This document shows, in pieces, positions 25,901 through 37,504 of a DNA stretch of 64,000 bases (the first letter of the stretch is position 1; each line of letters opens with the position of its first letter). The notes under the pieces are model-generated. The model saw only the letters and a program-made list of their open reading frames with translations, had not been told where the DNA came from and made no database searches. This DNA comes from Saccostrea cucullata (lineage: Eukaryota): NCBI RefSeq assembly GCF_032062105.1, contig NW_026930753.1, positions 248,001-312,000 of the forward strand, written 5' to 3'. Position numbers and translations under genes: made by a program.

Positions 25901-28255
25901 TGTGTAGCGTTTTTGATCGTCTGGAATCTGCTGGCTTAAAATTGAAACCTAACAAGTGTACTTTATTTGCCAGTCAGGTAGAATTCTTGGGTCACATAGT
26001 GTCAACTGATGGCATAGCAACAAGCCCATCTAAGACAAAGGTAGTCCAAGACTGGCCTACACCTTGCAATGTGTCAGAAGTGAGATCATTTTTAGGTCTT
26101 TGCAGTTACTATAGAAAATTTGTTCAAAATTTTGCTGCTATTGCAAAGCCATTGCATGATTTAACAGCCAAAGACAAGAATTTCAAATGGACAGAGGAGT
26201 GTCAAGATGCATTTGAAAAACTTAAGGCAGCTCTCACTTCTGATCCAATATTGGCTCATCCTGATTTCAGCAAAGAATTCATTTTAGACACAGACGCAAG
26301 TGATAAGGCTATTGGAGCAATCTTATCTCAGATCATTGATGGTAAAGAAAGAGTGTGTGCTTATGCCAGTCGTTGCTTGTCAAAATCCGAGAGACGTTAC
26401 TGTGTAACGAGAAAAGAGCTACTGGCTGTGACATATTTTGTGAAATACTTTAAGCACTATTTGTATGGCAAAGAGTTCCTTGTTAGAACTGATCACAGTT
26501 CCTTACGCTGGCTTATGCAGTTTAAAAATCCCGAAGGACAATTTGCGCGCTGGATTGATGTGTTGTCCACATATAACTTTCGAATTCAGCATCGTCCAGG
26601 ACGATTGCATGCAAATGCAGATGCCATGAGTAGGCTACCTTGTAAACAATGTGGGTATGATGATAACTGGAGAGAAGAGTCTACTGACCCCATTGTTAGA
26701 CAAATAGGTACCACTGAGTCATTGCAGTCCTCACAGGAAGCTGATGCCGACCTTCAAAAGCTACGTTCATGGATAGAACTTGGTTCCATTCCAAGTAAGG
26801 TCTCTGTTTCAGGTGAAAGTTTTTACCTGAAGTCCCTGGTTTCTCAGTTGGACAGACTCTGCGTAAAAGATGACCTCATTTGTCGAAAATGGGAAGACAT
26901 GTCAACAAATCAGATATTTTATCAATATCTAGTACCAAGTTCTGAGCGTCGGAGTGTCCTTTAGCAATATCACGATGGGAAAACGGCAGGACACCTAGGT
27001 ATTAAGAAAACTTTGCACAAAATACGGCTAAGGTATTACTGGCCAGGACTACAACGTGATGTTCGCCAATACATTGCTGGTTGCGAACTCTGTGCAAAGA
27101 GAAAGAGTGACAATGTAACAAAGTGCGCACCTATGAAAATAGTACACGCGGGATATCCTATGGAAAGGATAGCTATGGACATTTTGGGCGAGCTTCCACT
27201 TACAAAAAATGGCAATAAATATATCTTAGTGGTTGCTGATTTTTTTACGAAATGGACGGAGAGTTTTGCCATGCCAAACATGGAATCCCGCACAGTTGCA
27301 AGAATCTTGGTAGAAGAGGTGATTTCTCGGTTTGGGGTACCGGCAGTCTTGCACTCCGATCAAGGAAGGCAATTCGAGAGCAAGTTGTTCATGGAAATGT
27401 GTTCTTTGTTGGGCATAACGAAAACACATACAACACCATACCATCCACAATCTGATGGTATGGTGGAACGATTCAATCGTACATTGACAACGATGCTTAG
27501 TAGTTTTGTAAATGAGAACCATAACGACTGGGACGAACACTTGCAATATGTCATGATGGCATATCGTTCTACTATACACGAAACCACTGGGTTTTCACCT
27601 AATGCGTTGATGCTGGGGAGGGAAGTCTGTACTCCCTTGGACATCTTATATGAAGTACCTTCATCAATAAAACCAATACCACAGAATACGTGGGTTTGGG
27701 AACTTCAAGATAGACTTGAGAATGCCCACAAAATTGTCCGTGTCAATACAAACCAAGAAATAGTACGCCAAAAGCATTACCACGACAAAAAGTTGAACTG
27801 AGGAAAGTTTAATAAAGACGATGAAGTCTATGTTTATTTTCCAAAAAGAAAATCGGGGCAGTCTCCTAAATTCACTAGCTATTGGCGTGGTCCTTACAAA
27901 GTAATCAAGAAAATGTCTGAGGTGACATATATGGTTGACTGTGGTCCATACGGTTCAAATCAAATAATCCATGTAGACAGAATGAGACTGAAATGCAGTC
28001 AAACTTTGGTAGGAGAAAAGTGAAAACATTGCTGAAAGCATTCCAAGGTCCGTCACTAATGAACAACTTCCAGATAATGAGACAAGAAAAGATGACAATG
28101 AAAGTATAAGTGAAGATTCTCAAATAAAGAACGGAAGTCAGGTGCAAACAACAGATGAAAGTCAAGTGTTAGACAAAGAGGCTGATTTGCCTACAAGACA
28201 ATTCAGAAGTAGACGACCACCTGTTTGGTTAAAGGATTATGAGACAGATTATTAG
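22974..28255 (+). pseudogene. gag-pol: Gag-Pol polyprotein of Gypsy A (single-ORF type, disrupted)
   Basis: ATG 22974 (MGSNIEND..STP, like the element B N-terminus), frameshift near 23068, then the 1298-aa ORF: gag core, CCHC knuckle CFYCGKPGHMKSKC, protease LVDSGA, RT YLDD, RNase H DTDAS. In-frame stops at 26962 and 27799; integrase HSDQG, YWRGPY module, C-terminal RRPPVWLKDY ending 28255. Confidence 0.92.
23140..23236 (+). repeat. 27-bp coding tandem repeat in gag (TDHSMTGQL)
   Basis: ACAGACCATAGTATGACAGGCCAGTTG about 3.5 times, with degenerate copies downstream. Confidence 0.85.
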
Positions 28256-28315
28256 TATTGAGTACAGTTATAGTATCTTGTATATAATGTTTGTTCATTT
28301 ATTTCAGATCCAATC

Positions 28316-29044
28316 ATGGTGAAGACAAAGTTGACAAAGCGTATCGATTCAAGAAAATGTCCCATGTGTTCTGTACTCTGTCATGGAGACGTAGACTTCA
28401 CCAATCATGTAGTGGAGTGTGCACAGCAGGAGCATGCCTGCACCTTTTGTGAATTTGCTTCACAGAAGGAATGCAACGTCAAACGCCACATGAAAAGAGC
28501 TCATAAGGGATTACTAGAAGATTCAATACCCTTGGGAGGGGTGGCTGATAAAATTGGTCAAAAAAGAGAAGAGGACAATTTGAATAGAGATGATGTAGAT
28601 AACACAGATGACCATGTTTCTGATTCAGGTGATGAGGATTGGATAAGTCAGGATCCAGGTGAATTACTGGAAGAGAGTCATGAGATGCCATCTACAGTAG
28701 TAGAAAATCCTCTTAAGAAAGGTGGTGAAGTTTTGGATGCGCCAAGAGAAAGTGACTTACTTGCAGGTCGGGTTTTCAGAAAGAAAACAAAGCCATCTCT
28801 GCCAGGAAAACGTGTCCACCCTCAAGATGACCATTCCCTTGTGACTTCACAAGCAGTGGATGAAACGGCAAAGATGTCCACAATGACTCAGACATCAGGT
28901 TGTTTCCTCGATGATAAACTTAAGGCAGATGTTGGTACACAGACGGATTTTGCGACAGAAATATCGAAGAAAACAATTTGGAAATTCAGACAGGGTGATA
29001 TCGACATAGAGGAAATTACAGAGGAAAAATTAATTTTGTATTGA
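28316..29044 (+). CDS. Accessory ORF3 of Gypsy A: zinc-finger protein, 242 aa
   Basis: Intact ORF between pol and the 3' LTR. C2HC finger CPMC-x12-H-x3-C and C2H2 finger CTFC-x12-H-x4-H, acidic middle region. Preceded by a splice acceptor (TTCATTTATTTCAG ending 28307). Confidence 0.8.
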   Translation: MVKTKLTKRIDSRKCPMCSVLCHGDVDFTNHVVECAQQEHACTFCEFASQKECNVKRHMKRAHKGLLEDSIPLGGVADKIGQKREEDNLNRDDVDNTDDHVSDSGDEDWISQDPGELLEESHEMPSTVVENPLKKGGEVLDAPRESDLLAGRVFRKKTKPSLPGKRVHPQDDHSLVTSQAVDETAKMSTMTQTSGCFLDDKLKADVGTQTDFATEISKKTIWKFRQGDIDIEEITEEKLILY

Positions 29045-29178
29045 CTTAATCATAGCTGAAATGTATTTGTTTGAAATAGTTAACACAGATAGTGTTCAAT
29101 TTGTAAAAAAAAAATTAAATAAAAAAAAGTAAAATTGTTGTTATCATTCGGGACGAATGTACCCAGAGGCTTGGGTAA

Positions 29179-29752
29179 TGAAATGTTATTTTTGTATTGA
29201 ATCAAACGTTTTTATGACCATATTTTCCTCGTAAAATGGAATGACCTGACACCCCTTACAAATAGAACACCCTATGTGTATATAAACCCGGGATGTAGTG
29301 AATCTGTGTCTTTCTTGTTAAAGTTATCCGAGAGTGTAGAAGCTGGATAGTAAGTATAAGGTTCAATAAAAGGCTTAAGTGTTTAGAAAGATAAGTAGGC
29401 AATTCATTCAGTGGCCCGAATAGAGTCAAAGCTGCTTTGGTAGTCTGCCTATCTTATTATTATCCTGAGTAGTCGTCCACTGTGACCGACCATAGCACTC
29501 ACATATTAAGTCAGGGAAAATAGCTAGTGCTGGGGATAGTGGCCGACCTGTCTCTGGTGCTAGTCTATTTAATTAGGAAACGTATAACACTTACTTATTG
29601 ACGGTCTTTCATTTATTTTTGATTCACTTCTTGATTTAACCCAAGGTAGGGACATTCAAATATATAATATATTCTAATCAGTGATTGAGAAAAAGTATTA
29701 CTTAGTTTGGCAAAGAGGTTCTTACGAAATCATTTAATTGATTGACGGCAAT
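29179..29752 (+). repeat. 3' LTR of Gypsy A (3'-truncated)
   Basis: Starts TGAAATGTTAT, aligns to 22310-22895 with scattered substitutions and one ~11-bp deletion. Confidence 0.9.
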
Positions 29753-30796
29753 GCAGATAAAAAAAACCAATCTTTTCAGGATTGTACTTTTGTATGTAAT
29801 TTATTAAAAATCCATCAATGACATGTTTATTGTCATCCAATCAGAATATCACTATCAAAATGAAACATTTTATCTCATTTGGTTCAACAGCAACCCGATA
29901 TATAGAGTATCTAGGTCAATAACACACTGTATGGTGTCTGACAAATCCCTTTAAAGTCTACTTTGCAGTTATAAATGTGTTAAACACATGGCCTTCTGTT
30001 TCGCTCTAAACATATATAGTACCATTTCACATACTCAGTTATACAAGTTGCCTAAACATTTTCAAGTGATATTATTGAATTTATTGTAGTTAATGTCATC
30101 CTAATTTAGGAATTGGTCCCTTTGACCTAAACAATTGGAATGTTAGTGTGGGTAATAGTATTTTGTAATAATTAAAATTTCTTTGCAGGAAACGCTCGTC
30201 AGGACACAAGACTGAAAAACAGACGTACTGAAACACTGCCGTAAACACAGCCATCATTAAAGTCAACGGATTACCTAGGAACATCAAAGCAATATGACTG
30301 GCAATTTTTATCAATCAATGTGGCAGAAAAACATAAAAAAAAATATTTAAATGTTCAACTTCTTTGTTCATTGCCTTTTTTTCTTGATATATGAATATCA
30401 ATATATGAATATCGCAAAATATTTATGCGAATTTCGCACGATTTTTACATGAAAAAATGATAAATTGGAATTTGCGTAAATATCATGCGAAATTTCAGTC
30501 ACATGAAAATCGCACGAATGTCGCATGAATATTGTATGGGGACGTTCGCATGAAATTCGTATATGGAACTTTTCGCATGGTTTTTATATGATTTCCCCAC
30601 GGAATCCATGCGAAAAGGCAATCGCATGAAAATCATGTGACTCACTTTTCCCTGTGTACTATTGATGTTATAATATAGCACTGATTTATTGAAGGTAGAA
30701 TATTTTGTATGCTTCCTAATTACCCCTGCGTACAAAAAATAACGCACACTATGTAATGAAGCTTTTACAAAAGTCATCTCGTCTTATCCTTATGTT

Positions 30797-32146
30797 CTTT
30801 AGAAGGAGATTTTGAAAGAATATTTCTATGTAGTATATGTCAAGTCAAACGTTGCAATATTCGATCTTTTCCATTTGTATTGTAAAATTTTCCATTTGTA
30901 TTGTATGATATTTTGTGTATTGTATAATTTTCCATTTGTATTATAAAATTTTTTATTTGTATTGTATAATTTTTATGCATTGTATACTCAGTAATTTGCC
31001 ATTCGCATTCTATAATTTTCCATTTGTATTGAATAATTTTTCATTTGCATTATATAATTTATTTGCTTTTTTGCATTGTATAATTTTTCATTGACATTTT
31101 ATATTTTTCAATTGCATTGTATAATTTTTCATTTATATTGTAAAAAAAATCATTTGTATTGTACAATTTTTTTAATTTGTATTCTATATTTTCCATTTGT
31201 ATTGTATAATTTTTCATTTGCATTGTATCCGAGGGATTGTTTATATCTTTAGAAGGAGATTTTGAAAGAATATTTCTATGTAGTATATGTCAAGTCAAAC
31301 GTTGCAATATTCGATCTTTTCCATTTGTATTGTAAAATTTTCCATTTGTATTGTATGATAATTTGTGTATTGTATAATTTTCCATTTGTATTATAAAATT
31401 TTTTATTTGTATTGTATAATTTTTATGCATTGTATACTCAGTAATTTGCCATTCGCATTCTATAATTTTCCATTTGTATTGTATAATTTTTCATTTGCAT
31501 TATATAATTTATTTGCTTTTTTGCATTGTATAATTTTTCATTGACATTTTATATTTTTCAATTGCATTGTATAATTTTTCATTTATATTGTAAAAAAAAT
31601 CATTTGTATTGTACAATTTTTTTAATTTGTATTCTATATTTTCCATTTGTATTGTATAATTTTTCATTTGCATTGTATCCGAGGGATTGTTTATATCTTT
31701 AGAAGGAGATTTTGAAAGAATATTTCTATGTAGTATATGTCAAGTCAAACGTTGCAATATTCGATCTTTTCCATTTGTATTGTAAAATTTTCCATTTGTA
31801 TTGTATGATATTTTGTGTATTGTATAATTTTCCATTTGTATTATAAAATTTTTTATTTGTATTGTATAATTTTTATGCATTGTATACTCAGTAATTTGCC
31901 ATTCGCATTCTATAATTTTCCATTTGTATTGTATAATTTTTCATTTGCATTATATAATTTATTTGCTTTTTTGCATTGTATAATTTTTCATTGACATTTT
32001 ATATTTTTCAATTGCATTGTATAATTTTTCATTTATATTGTAAAAAAAATCATTTGTATTGTACAATTTTTTTAATTTGTATTCTATATTTTCCATTTGT
32101 ATTGTATAATTTTTCATTTGCATTGTATCCGAGGGATTGTTTATAT
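30797..32146. repeat. Three near-identical 450-bp tandem units built from ~21-bp AT-rich subrepeats
   Basis: AGAAGGAGATTTTGAAAG at 30801, 31251 and 31701; internal TTGTATAATTTTTCATTTGCA-like monomers. Confidence 0.95.
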
Positions 32147-33897
32147 TGGTTTGTAACGAAAGGATTTTATTGGACAGGTTTAATCTAATCATATATCTGA
32201 TTTCGTAATACCCGAGATTTTCCAGGAAGTTTACATGTGTTATCCAGTCTGAGAATTCAGTACAAGGCTCATTTTTTCGGAGAAAAAAGTAAGTTGAAAT
32301 AATGACCTGTAGGGATTTTAAAACAAAGTAAAAGCATTTAGTTTTAACAAGATATGCTCATATCATCTCACAACAAACCTATTTCGTAGTTTCAACTTTT
32401 CTGACCCAACGGTTCTTGAAAAGATGTATAGAAGATGTCATCTAATTTTTACTAAACCACTTCCATACACAAAAAGCATCATCCTTCATTTTAAGAAATT
32501 TAAATCCAGTTTATCAATGTATACCGGTACTTCTTGGCAAGTTAGGGCTAGCAGAGTAGTACTTGATAAAATGCTGAATATGCCAAAAGTTTACAGACGG
32601 ATGATAGATATAATGTAATGAGAAAAGCTGACTTTTCTACCATACACTTTATTTTTCACAACTGCCTGTATTTACATGTATGTTTGTATCAATATCTCTC
32701 CATCGGCCTTAGTTAATATAATTCTTTAACAAAATATTTCGACGATAAAATGTGCAAATGTGTAAATGTACATTTTGTCGTCCATTCCGCAAGAGGACAA
32801 AAATGGCTCATCAAAGGGCCATATTGTCGGCAGTGACAATAGGTATATATGCACGAGAGGAAGAATATACATGTATATATACTGTACTTTTTCCTTACCT
32901 GATATTGGACTTTTCCAAATTCTGTATTCACCCATTCTATCAAACTTTTCTGAAAAAACAAAAAAAAAATAAAGTTAATGATGTCAATAAGTCTTGAATG
33001 TCTTTTATCAGAATCGAAAATATTCCGTACCATTTTTTTTATTCCTAAAAAGTTTAAGTCAAAGAGTATAAAAATTGGCCTGATATTAAAATAGGACAAT
33101 TTTGCATCTGGATATATCTACAGACTTTTTATTTTTTTCAAACAAACTTTTTTTTCAATATCTCTTACACATTTTCTGTAAGAGGTATTCAAAATAGCAT
33201 ACGTATATGGATGAATTTCGTACGATTTACGGAACGTCATACTGACGATTTGCTGGCGGGGGGGGGGCTGTTAAATGTTTAAAGCACTTCATATTATGAT
33301 AAAACACTTTATATAAATATAACGGGTGTTGTACAAAATATAATGACATACATATATCTACAATATATAATGAAAGATGATCTGACAGGTGTATAATGGA
33401 AGTTGCTCAATATATACTTTAAAAACTACTTCATATAATTAAAATAGTACAACATATAATGAAGAAAACTCTGCATATAATGTTTATTCCTCATATAATA
33501 CAGCCCCGGTCTTCCATACACATTCTCCAATTATGAAGTTGTCCATACACGTTAACAAATTGTGACAAAAAGGGGGGTATAAGACCTCTAAAGAGGTTTC
33601 GCGTGATATTTTACGCATGGACTTGTGAAAAATTTTTTTTCTCAAAGTTATCATACTCATGTTTTAGCCAAATGTTATCACGATCATCAAAGTTTTCAAA
33701 GGAAATAAAAAAATAGATTTATTTTAAATAATCTATATAGTGCGTCTATTGATTTTTATCTAGGGATAAAAAATTTATTTTTCCCTGGCATTATTCTGCT
33801 TTTCAAAATATTCAACCATTTTCGACACTTGTGTATTTTCGAACAATACCTATACTTCTTTGAACGAATATTTCCGAGAGCAGCATTAGCAAACTTC

Positions 33898-34384
33898 TGA
33901 AGCAAAAACTGTAATCGAGATCATATTATCCTTTCATTTCTCGGTAGTCGCACTGACTTCCGGTTTCTTGTTTCCTTTAGGTTCTCTGCAGGTCATGTGA
34001 CCTGTTGTAGGTATAAATAAGGAGACAATCGGTTGTTTTAGTTAGTCTGTTGCTGACAGCCGAATTGGAAAGACGGTTGTATACAGAGAAGTCAAACGTG
34101 GTAGGTACTGCAAGGAATACCTTGAATCAAGTCTTATGTGTCTGAAATAGACTTTCGAGACTTTGATTGATTATATATTATTTAGATAAAGTACCTGATA
34201 TTCTGGTTTGACTGAAGGTAAGAAACAGACGCGCTTCAGTCCTTGGAAGGCGCGTGCGCTCCCGAGAAACGGAGGAATAATTGTACATACTATTAATTTA
34301 AATTTGTGATTGAGAAAATTGATTTATTCTTTAATTGTTCAGATAGAACAGCCGAATCCCATAAAAGAACCCGAAAACGTTACA
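33898..34384 (+). repeat. 5' LTR of Gypsy B
   Basis: TGAAGC...CGTTACA, direct repeat of 45696-46182, TATAAATA at 34013. Confidence 0.95.
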
Positions 34385-34390
34385 TAATTT

Positions 34391-34413
34391 TGGTGGCAGC
34401 GCGGTGGGATTCG
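34391..34413 (+). promoter_or_regulatory. Primer binding site (tRNA-Leu) of Gypsy B
   Basis: TGGTGGCAGCGCGGTGGGATTCG matches the tRNA-Leu 3' complement with a 2-nt insertion; same TAATTT spacer as element A. Confidence 0.85.
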
Positions 34414-34483
34414 GCAGATAATCAAAGTAAATAATATAAGTTTTAAATTAAAAAATTTTTGTGTTATATTTGCCTTGTAAATC

Positions 34484-35759
34484 ATGAGTGCGATGGAGGA
34501 AATGATCAACGAAGAGATATCCTTTCTTGAAAAGAGTTGTGAGGGATTGCGTCTTGAAATAGAACAGCAATCTACACCCGTTGAAACAACTCGACCAATG
34601 CGCGATTCTGGAATTGCATCATTGACTGGTGAACGCGCACAAGAAAATCAGCCTGGAAGAGCGCTAGATGGGGTGACAATAAGGAGAAAAACAGCTCAAC
34701 GAAATTTCACTGCAGAACCAAATGCACCCAGTTCGACAAGGGATTATGCTGCGAGTGCTCAACAATATGAAACGATGGTGCCACAGCCAAACTGGAAAAC
34801 GCCGAACATTTTGTCAAGTGCACATCCACACCCAGTTCATATGTTGAGTGAGACTCTGGCGCATTCTCCTTTTCAAGTTCAATTGGAAATGACATCGCAA
34901 GGAGAGTATCAAAAAAGGCCTCCTGTGCAAACGAAAGATGCAGAATTATTTCATGAGGGTCAGGTACAAAACAAGTTTGAGACTCTAAGATCTTCATTAA
35001 ATGCGCAGTTTTCAGAAACTGCTTTAGAACATAATGCACAGCTACCGATTCAAATGAAGTGTACATCCGCGAATGCGCTGCAGCATATATCAGCAGATGC
35101 GCTGCATCAAACACCTGTGGATGCGCTTCATCAGATACCCGCGAATGCGCAGAGTCGATATGGAAATTCCGGAAATGAGGTAAACTAAGGGATAGATAGC
35201 TCATTTCCCCGACAGATAGTCAACGTTGCTGATAAAGAGAACAAGGACCAAAGTGAGAAAGCTACAGCCAAGTGTAACATTAAGCCAGCAACCTTTGATG
35301 GAACTCATTCTTGGCTGGATTATAAATCCCATTTTGATGCGTGTACGGCTATTAATAATTGGAATTCTAAGGAAAAGGGGTTGTATTTAGCAGTGTCACT
35401 GCGAGGAGCTGCACAAGGAATATTAGGAAATGTTTCGCCAGAAACGGGACAACAATATGACCATTTAGTGAAAGCGCTTGAAGAAAGATTTGCTCCACCT
35501 AATCAAACGGGGTTGTACCGTGCACAACTCAAAGAAAGGCGTCAACGGGCATCAGAAACATTATCTGAGCTAGGCCAAGCTGTGTGCCGATTGACGTATT
35601 TGGCATATCCATCTGCACCGGCAGAAGTAAGAGAAACTCTTGGTAAAGAGGCTTTTATTGATGGATTGATAGATTCTGATATGAGACTACGCATTAAACA
35701 GAGTCGACCTCAGAATCTAAATGAAGCTATTCGCCTGGCAATAGAACTTGACGCCTACT
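34484..35759 (+). pseudogene. gag: Gypsy B gag, 5' part
   Basis: ATG 34484, in-frame stop at 35186, then IKPATFDG..YLAVSLRG..ERFAPPNQT..RLRIKQSRP..AIELDAY, homologous to element A gag. Cut by the LINE insertion. Confidence 0.9.
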
Positions 35760-36045
35760 CGGATGAGTCACGTGACACGGAACAGGGTGGACGCTTTATC
35801 TGTTCTTGTGTTTTTTTTTTGACATTTTTTGCCAAAATCTCTATTTCTACACACTTAAAATCTGTTGGAAGTGGCGTAGGATAGTTTTTGGCCTGTGTAT
35901 ATATGTTCATTGGATTTGGATTGGATATTATATTCGTTTTTTGTGAATTTTTTGTGTGTGTGAATTATCTGATACCTTGGTGAACACTCTTCACCCCTTG
36001 ATCGCTTGTATTACTTGTATTGCACAGCGAGGTTTAAACTCCGTC

Positions 36046-37386
36046 ATGGGTGATCGGACAGAGGAACGTACGATCAAACCGCTATATTTAAAAGACTCAG
36101 AAATTCAATGCTCGGATGATGGCAGAATAACAGACTTCGACTTAATGGACTGTATCACGAAAGTGGTTGGAAATTCCTTGCATTGTCTACAACTTGACCG
36201 GAATTTGTGGAGAGTTTACCTCAGTGATAATGCCAGTAGAGAAAAACTTCTAACAGAGGGAATACATATTCAAAACATTTCTATTTCTTTCTTTGACACA
36301 AATCCTTACTCGTCAGGTAACCATAGTACCACAGAGAAAACTTTGAAAATCAGATTATGTGGCCTTCCCCTATCTGTAGACGATTCAGCTGTTCATGAAT
36401 TACTGGAAAAACTTGAAGTCAAGCCTAAAAGTAATATTCTATACGAGAAAATTCGCCACCCGGTTACAAATAGGATGACTAGTGTACTAAACGGGAATCG
36501 GTTTATTTACATTGAGCCTTTACCCGAAGAAAAGTATCTTCCCAGGATCAACTACTGTGCGGGCCTGCGCTGTCAGATTTTCCATTACGGTCAGCCTAAA
36601 TCCCAGAGGAAACTCACATGTACTAAATGCTGGGCGACAGATCATACCAGGAGGTACTGTAATAACGCCCCACGTTGTAAAGTGTGTAAACAGGAAGGGC
36701 ACCAGCCAGGGGATGAAAAGTGCGCGTATTATCAAGTCCAAGAAAACGTTATTGCCTTTAACGGAGAAGACAACGTGCTTTCTAATTTTTTCCCTTGTGA
36801 ATTAAATATTTATGGAATAACGCATAAATCTGCGGAACACGCCTTCCAATACACAAAGGCCGTTAGATGTGGCGATCTCGAGTCAGCCAAACTGGTTCAG
36901 GAGGCCAGAGATGCCCTATCAGCCAAACGGTATGGCGACAAGGTCAAACCCAACGAGCAATGGTTTGAGACCAGGGAAACAGCCATGACCGAAATAATCG
37001 AAAATAAATGTGTACAAGTCCCAATGTTTCGGGAAAAATTAAGATCGGTTAAGAAGGACATTATATTCGCCGAATCAACCTACAATGACATATGGGGCAC
37101 TGGTTTGGATAAAAAAGGTACGGAGAACACCAAAATTGATTCCTGGCCTGGAAAAAACCTTCTTGGCAAAATTATCAGTAAAATCGGCAAAAAAATACGG
37201 AAACGAAAAAAAAGTGACCAGTGGAGCAAACCAAAACAGAAACAAAAACCGAAAGTTAACACCAAACAGCGAGACATTGCACAGATGTTACATGCTTTAA
37301 GGAATCAATCGGATTCTGAATCCATGTCAGGTTTTGATGAATCATCGGACTCTGATTCAGACGACCCGGCTAAGAAGGACAAATAA
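36046..37386 (+). CDS. LINE ORF1p: Tx1-like RNA-binding region, two zinc knuckles, NADAR (YbiA/DUF1768-like) domain, basic/acidic tail; 446 aa
   Basis: First ATG at 36046, uninterrupted frame. Knuckles CTKCWATDHTRRYC and CKVCKQEGHQPGDEKC. NADAR motifs in order: LSNF, SAEHAFQYTK, AKRYG, W..M..K..Q, AESTYNDIWGTG, GKNLLG (~36748-37200). Confidence 0.9.
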   Translation: MGDRTEERTIKPLYLKDSEIQCSDDGRITDFDLMDCITKVVGNSLHCLQLDRNLWRVYLSDNASREKLLTEGIHIQNISISFFDTNPYSSGNHSTTEKTLKIRLCGLPLSVDDSAVHELLEKLEVKPKSNILYEKIRHPVTNRMTSVLNGNRFIYIEPLPEEKYLPRINYCAGLRCQIFHYGQPKSQRKLTCTKCWATDHTRRYCNNAPRCKVCKQEGHQPGDEKCAYYQVQENVIAFNGEDNVLSNFFPCELNIYGITHKSAEHAFQYTKAVRCGDLESAKLVQEARDALSAKRYGDKVKPNEQWFETRETAMTEIIENKCVQVPMFREKLRSVKKDIIFAESTYNDIWGTGLDKKGTENTKIDSWPGKNLLGKIISKIGKKIRKRKKSDQWSKPKQKQKPKVNTKQRDIAQMLHALRNQSDSESMSGFDESSDSDSDDPAKKDK

Positions 37387-37504
37387 ATCAAAAACTGTGT
37401 AATGCTCGAACGTCGCAGGACTTTGATTCTCGATCAGCGGACTGGAATGAAAAGTTACGGTATTTTTTTCTATAACAAATATATGCATTTGAATATTAAT
37501 TCTT

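Larger units (their letters stand above)
22310..29752 (+). mobile_element. Ty3/Gypsy LTR retrotransposon A (degenerate, with extra ORF3)
   Basis: LTRs at ~22310-22909 and 29179-29752 (3' copy lacks its last 14 bp), PBS at 22916, domain order gag-PR-RT-RH-IN, then ORF3. Confidence 0.95.

Noticed and set aside
26962-26964. Programmed readthrough or frameshift signals in Gypsy A
   Set aside because: Stops fall inside pol (before and within integrase) and are not shared with element B, so they are best read as decay.
28316-29044. Envelope gene
   Set aside because: No signal peptide, TM segment or fusion-protein features; it has zinc fingers instead.
35381-35884. 167-aa ORF, and the 41284-41829 ORF, as independent genes
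   Set aside because: Both are chimeric read-throughs across the LINE/gag junctions.
35956-36045. N-terminal extension of LINE ORF1 shown in the ORF track
   Set aside because: Starts at a non-ATG codon; the first ATG is 36046 and the upstream part looks like 5' UTR.
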